Assembly: GCA_027483505.1 (NCBI GenBank) | Contig: JAIXUP010000062.1 | Location: 64,724 to 128,723, forward strand | Reading direction: 5' to 3' | Source: Hyphomicrobiales bacterium | GTDB lineage: Bacteria > Pseudomonadota > Alphaproteobacteria > Rhizobiales > Beijerinckiaceae | Length of the DNA: 64,000 nucleotides | Shown: positions 60,306 through 64,000 of the stretch, one piece after another | Position numbering within the stretch: position 1 is the first letter of the stretch | Layout of the letters: each line of letters starts with the position of its first letter | The notes under the pieces: generated by a model | The model's input: the letters and a program-made list of their open reading frames with translations, nothing else | Database searches by the model: none | Told to the model about the DNA's origin: nothing | Position numbers and translations under genes: made by a program

Positions 60306-61646
60306 ATGTCGCCGTCCAGCCCGCGCCCAGCCGAACAGCCGAATGATCTTGAGTCCTTCTGGATGCCGTTCACCGCGAACCGCGCGTTCAAGAAGGCGCC
60401 CCGCATGATCGCCAGAGCGGAGGGCATGCACTACTACACCACCGACGGAAAACCGATCATGGATGGCACCGCCGGCCTATGGTGCTGCAACGCCGGCCAT
60501 GCGCGCAAGCCGATCATCCGGGCGATCCAGGCGCAGGCCGAAGAGCTCGATTTCGCGCCGACCTTCCAGTTCGGCCACCCCAAGGTGTTCGCCGCCGCAG
60601 CCCGCGTCGCGGCGCTGGCGCCGGGCGATCTCGACCATGTCTTCTTCGCCGGTTCAGGCTCGGAGGCCGTCGACACCGCGCTCAAGATCGCGATCGCCTA
60701 CTGGAACGTCACCGGCAAGGGCTCGAAGACCCGGCTGATCGGCCGCGAGCGCGGCTATCACGGCGTCGGCTTCGGCGGCATCTCGGTCGGCGGCATCGTC
60801 AACAACCGGAAGTTCTTCGGCTCGCTGCTGGCCGGCGCCGACCACATGCCGACGACCTACAACCGCGAGAAGCAGGCCTTTTCCAAGGGCGAGCCGGAAT
60901 GGGGCGGGCATCTTGCGGATGAGCTTGAGCGGATCGTCACCCTGCATGACGCCTCGACCATCGCAGCCGTGATCGTCGAGCCGATGGCCGGGTCCACCGG
61001 CGTGCTGCCGCCGCCTGTCGGCTATCTGAAGAAGCTGCGCGAGATCTGCACGAAGCACGGCATCCTGCTGATCTTCGATGAGGTGATCTCGGGCTTTGGC
61101 CGCCTCGGCTATGCCTTCGCCGCCGAACGCTACGGCGTCATTCCGGACATGATCTGCTTTGCCAAGGGCGTCACCTCCGGCGCCGTGCCGATGGGCGGCG
61201 TTCTGGTGCGCAAGGGCATCTACGACGCCTTCATGAACGGGCCGGACCACGCCATCGAACTGTTCCATGGCTACACCTATTCGGGCCATCCGCTCGCCGC
61301 CGCCGCCGCGCTGGCCGCCCTCGACATCTACAAGGAGGAAGGCCTGTTCGAAAACGCCAAGCGGCTGGAGCCGCTCTGGGCCGACGCGATCATGTCGTTG
61401 AAAGCGGAGCCAAACGTCGTCGACATCCGCACGCTCGGACTGGTCGCCGGCATCGACCTCACGCCGCATGCCGACGGCCCGACCAAGCGCGGCTTCGCGG
61501 CGATGGACCATGCCTTCCACAATGAAGGGCTGATGTTGCGCTACACCGGCGACACGCTGGCGCTGACGCCCCCGCTGATCATCACCGAAAGCCAGATCGA
61601 CGAGTTGGTGGAGAAGGTGAGGCGCACGATCAGGGCGGTGGCGTAA
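60306..61646 (+). CDS. Class III PLP aminotransferase (omega-amino acid/beta-alanine--pyruvate type)
   Basis: FWMPFTANR, DGTAGLWCCNAGH, RGYHG, IFDEVISGFGR, FAKGVTSG, HGYTYSGHP. Confidence 0.9.
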   Translation: MSPSSPRPAEQPNDLESFWMPFTANRAFKKAPRMIARAEGMHYYTTDGKPIMDGTAGLWCCNAGHARKPIIRAIQAQAEELDFAPTFQFGHPKVFAAAARVAALAPGDLDHVFFAGSGSEAVDTALKIAIAYWNVTGKGSKTRLIGRERGYHGVGFGGISVGGIVNNRKFFGSLLAGADHMPTTYNREKQAFSKGEPEWGGHLADELERIVTLHDASTIAAVIVEPMAGSTGVLPPPVGYLKKLREICTKHGILLIFDEVISGFGRLGYAFAAERYGVIPDMICFAKGVTSGAVPMGGVLVRKGIYDAFMNGPDHAIELFHGYTYSGHPLAAAAALAALDIYKEEGLFENAKRLEPLWADAIMSLKAEPNVVDIRTLGLVAGIDLTPHADGPTKRGFAAMDHAFHNEGLMLRYTGDTLALTPPLIITESQIDELVEKVRRTIRAVA

Positions 61647-61660
61647 GCGCCAGCGAGGCA

Positions 61661-61686
61661 CCGGCGCGCCATTGCTGACGCGCCGG
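61661..61686. terminator. Hairpin between convergent aminotransferase and qor genes
   Basis: CCGGCGCG-N10-CGCGCCGG. Confidence 0.45.
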
Positions 61687-61694
61687 GATTGTTG

Positions 61695-62669
61695 TCATGG
61701 GATCAAGACGATCGAGCCGGTGGTCTTGCGGCTTTCGAGGGCAATGTGGGCCTGGGCCGCGTCCTTGAGTTTGTACTCGACCGGCTTCTGGATCTTGACC
61801 ACGCCCGACATCACCACCTTGAACACGTCGCGGGAGCTGGCGAGCAGGTCCGGGCGGGTGGCGATGTGGTGGAACAGCGTTGGCCGGGTCAGCGACATCG
61901 ACTTGCTGGCGAGCATGCCGGGCGAGATCGGGTCCGGCGGGCCTGAGGCGGCGCCGTACAGCACCATGTGGCCGCGCAGGGCGAGGCACTCGAGCGACTT
62001 CAGGAACGTGTCCTTGCCGACGCCGTCATAGACGACCGCAACACCCTTGCCGCCGGTGATCTCCTTCACGCGGGCGACAAAATCCTCCTTGGTGTAGATG
62101 ATCGGGTATTCGCAGCCATTCTTCTTGGCGAGCGCCGCCTTCTCCTCGGAGGAGGTGGTGCCGATGACGTGGCAGCCGAGATGCCGGGCCCATTGGCAGA
62201 GCAGAAGCCCCATGCCGCCCGCCGCCGCGTGCACCAGAATCCAGTCACCCTTCTTCACCTTGAAGGTCTGCTTGAGCAGATAGCGGGCCGTCATGCCCTG
62301 CAGCATGATCGCGGCGCCGATCTTGTCAGGGATCTCCTTCGGCAGTTTGACCATCTGGGCGGCATTGAAGATCCGCTTCTCGGCATAGGCGCCGGGTCCG
62401 CCTCCGGCATAGGCGATGCGGTCGCCGACCTTGAAACCGCTGACATCCGGTCCGAGCGCCTCGACCACGCCGGCGCCTTCCAGGCCGATCACGCCGGGGA
62501 GCGCGGGGAGCACATAGGCCCCGGTGCGCTGGTAGACATCGATGTAGTTCACGCCGATCGCCGTGTGGCGGATCAGCACCTGGCCCGGCCCCGGCTGGCC
62601 GACCTCGATATCCTCATAGACCAGGGCGTCGGGGCCGCCGGGTTTGTGAATGCGCACTGCCTTGACCAT
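61695..62669 (-). CDS. qor: NADPH:quinone oxidoreductase (zeta-crystallin family)
   Basis: GVNYIDVYQRTG, GLEGAG, HAAAGGMG, VYDGVG, LTRPTL, RKTTGSIVL. Confidence 0.9.
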   Translation of the reverse strand: MVKAVRIHKPGGPDALVYEDIEVGQPGPGQVLIRHTAIGVNYIDVYQRTGAYVLPALPGVIGLEGAGVVEALGPDVSGFKVGDRIAYAGGGPGAYAEKRIFNAAQMVKLPKEIPDKIGAAIMLQGMTARYLLKQTFKVKKGDWILVHAAAGGMGLLLCQWARHLGCHVIGTTSSEEKAALAKKNGCEYPIIYTKEDFVARVKEITGGKGVAVVYDGVGKDTFLKSLECLALRGHMVLYGAASGPPDPISPGMLASKSMSLTRPTLFHHIATRPDLLASSRDVFKVVMSGVVKIQKPVEYKLKDAAQAHIALESRKTTGSIVLIP

Positions 62670-62851
62670 CGCTGTCACCTTCTTGTGGCTGTCATGTGCA
62701 CGCGAAGGGGAAGCCTGACGGGCAGGCCGCTCGCCCTCTGGCGTGGGGCGAGACCATGGCCCTGAACCGGTGTGAATCGCAAGCCCGCCGGGCCGGGCCG
62801 CGCTTGACGCCACTTGCAGGGATGGCACAACCATCGGCCATGGAGACCCTC

Positions 62852-63181
62852 ATGCGCCGTCTGATTCCCGCTGCCGCCCTCGCCCTCGGCCTTGCCGCCT
62901 GCACCAGCAGCGGGCCGCCGCCGGCCCCTTCGCCCCAGAACGCTCCGACCGGCGTGACGCCGAACACCTTCGTGCTGCCGACCGGTTCGGGCTGCGCGGG
63001 GGAGATCGCGCGCTTCCAGGCCGTCATGGACAATGACCTTGCGACCGGCCACACGACCGCCGGCGTGCATGGCCGGGTCTCCGCCGAAATCGCCACGGCG
63101 CGGTCGACCTGCGCTGCGGGCAATGAAGGCGGCGCCATCGGACAGCTCAACGCGACAAAGGCGCGGTTCGGCTATCGCTGA
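62852..63181 (+). CDS. Small lipoprotein
   Basis: MRRLIPAAALALGLAAC lipobox, GGAG RBS. Confidence 0.8.
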   Translation: MRRLIPAAALALGLAACTSSGPPPAPSPQNAPTGVTPNTFVLPTGSGCAGEIARFQAVMDNDLATGHTTAGVHGRVSAEIATARSTCAAGNEGGAIGQLNATKARFGYR

Positions 63182-63207
63182 CGGTGTGCGGCGGGTAGGA
63201 TCTCGCG

Positions 63208-64000
63208 ATGCGCCTGCGCGTCGGAACCTTCAATGTCGAGAATCTGGTGACGCGCCAGCGCTTTGGCGGCGCCCAGAGGTTCGGCGATACTGCGGCCGCC
63301 CTGTCGCTGTTCAACTTCCCGCAGGCTGACCAGCGCGACGCGGTCGAGCAGTCGCTCGCCGTGGCTCTGGAGGATGACAAGCGCCAGATGACCGCGCTCG
63401 CCATGGCGGAGGGCGCCGCAGACATCTGGTGCCTGCAGGAGGTGGACTCGCTCGCCAGCCTGCAGGCCTTCTTCGCCAACTACGTGCACCGCATCTCGGA
63501 TCACCGGTTCGGACATTTCGCGCTGCTGAACGGCAACGACCGGCGCGGCATCGAGGTGGCATTCGCGGCGCGGCGGGATCTGATCATGCCAGCCGGTGTG
63601 ACAGTGACCAGCCATGCGGACGCAACCTATGGCGATCTGGAAGTGCATGACAGCGCGCTTGCAGAGGCCGGCATCAAGCGCGCGGACCGGCTGTTCAACC
63701 GCGACTGCCTGATGGTGGAGATGGGCTGGGCCGACCGGGCGCTCACGCTGTTCCTGTGCCATTTCAAGTCGATGAACAATGGCTCGGATGATGGCCGGGC
63801 CGCGACCTTGCCGGTGAGGCGCGCGGAAGCGCTGGGTGTGACCCGCATCATCAAGCGCCATTTCGGGCCGGGCTGGCGCGATGCGAACTGGATCGTCGCC
63901 GGCGACCTCAACGGCTTCCGCGAGGCCATCGGCCCCCGGGGCGCGCTGCAGGATGAAGGGCCGAGCGGCATCGAGCCGCTGCTGGACAATTTCGCGACCG
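63208..64000 (+). CDS. Endonuclease/exonuclease/phosphatase family protein (partial, runs off the window; missing from the ORF track)
   Basis: MRLRVGTFNVENL, CLQEVD, GNDRRGIEV, FNRDCL, CHFKSM, VAGDLN. Confidence 0.85.
   Translation, partial: MRLRVGTFNVENLVTRQRFGGAQRFGDTAAALSLFNFPQADQRDAVEQSLAVALEDDKRQMTALAMAEGAADIWCLQEVDSLASLQAFFANYVHRISDHRFGHFALLNGNDRRGIEVAFAARRDLIMPAGVTVTSHADATYGDLEVHDSALAEAGIKRADRLFNRDCLMVEMGWADRALTLFLCHFKSMNNGSDDGRAATLPVRRAEALGVTRIIKRHFGPGWRDANWIVAGDLNGFREAIGPRGALQDEGPSGIEPLLDNFAT

Overview
GC-rich chromosomal window from an alphaproteobacterium, most likely Hyphomicrobiales/Rhizobiales, judged from gene order and protein motifs. Most of it is core genome: aceB, uppP-GST(FzlA-like)-queG, HIT-nudC, pheA-kdsB-cytochrome c, yejABEF-deoB, gshA, rsmE, ubiA, cysQ-like-waaA-lpxK, tadA-rluB-rsmD, mutL, an M16 peptidase pair, lspA-ileS-ribF, cheY/cheZ, an MCP, an EAL protein and an aminotransferase. 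Most notable: (i) a compact URC1(GTP cyclohydrolase II-like)-URC4-upp operon matching the fungal URC/urg uracil-catabolism gene set, behind a leader with a possible SD-sequestering switch; (ii) an ~8 kb integrase-less island at tRNA-Thr(GGT), bracketed by two diverged ~160 bp direct repeats and carrying an amidase, a carboxylesterase, a NitT/TauT-type ABC transporter and two collided pseudogenes; (iii) an unannotated three-hairpin sRNA candidate with C-rich anti-SD loops downstream of aceB; (iv) AT-rich patches inside the IleRS editing domain. All product calls come from motif recognition by eye; no database searches were run.
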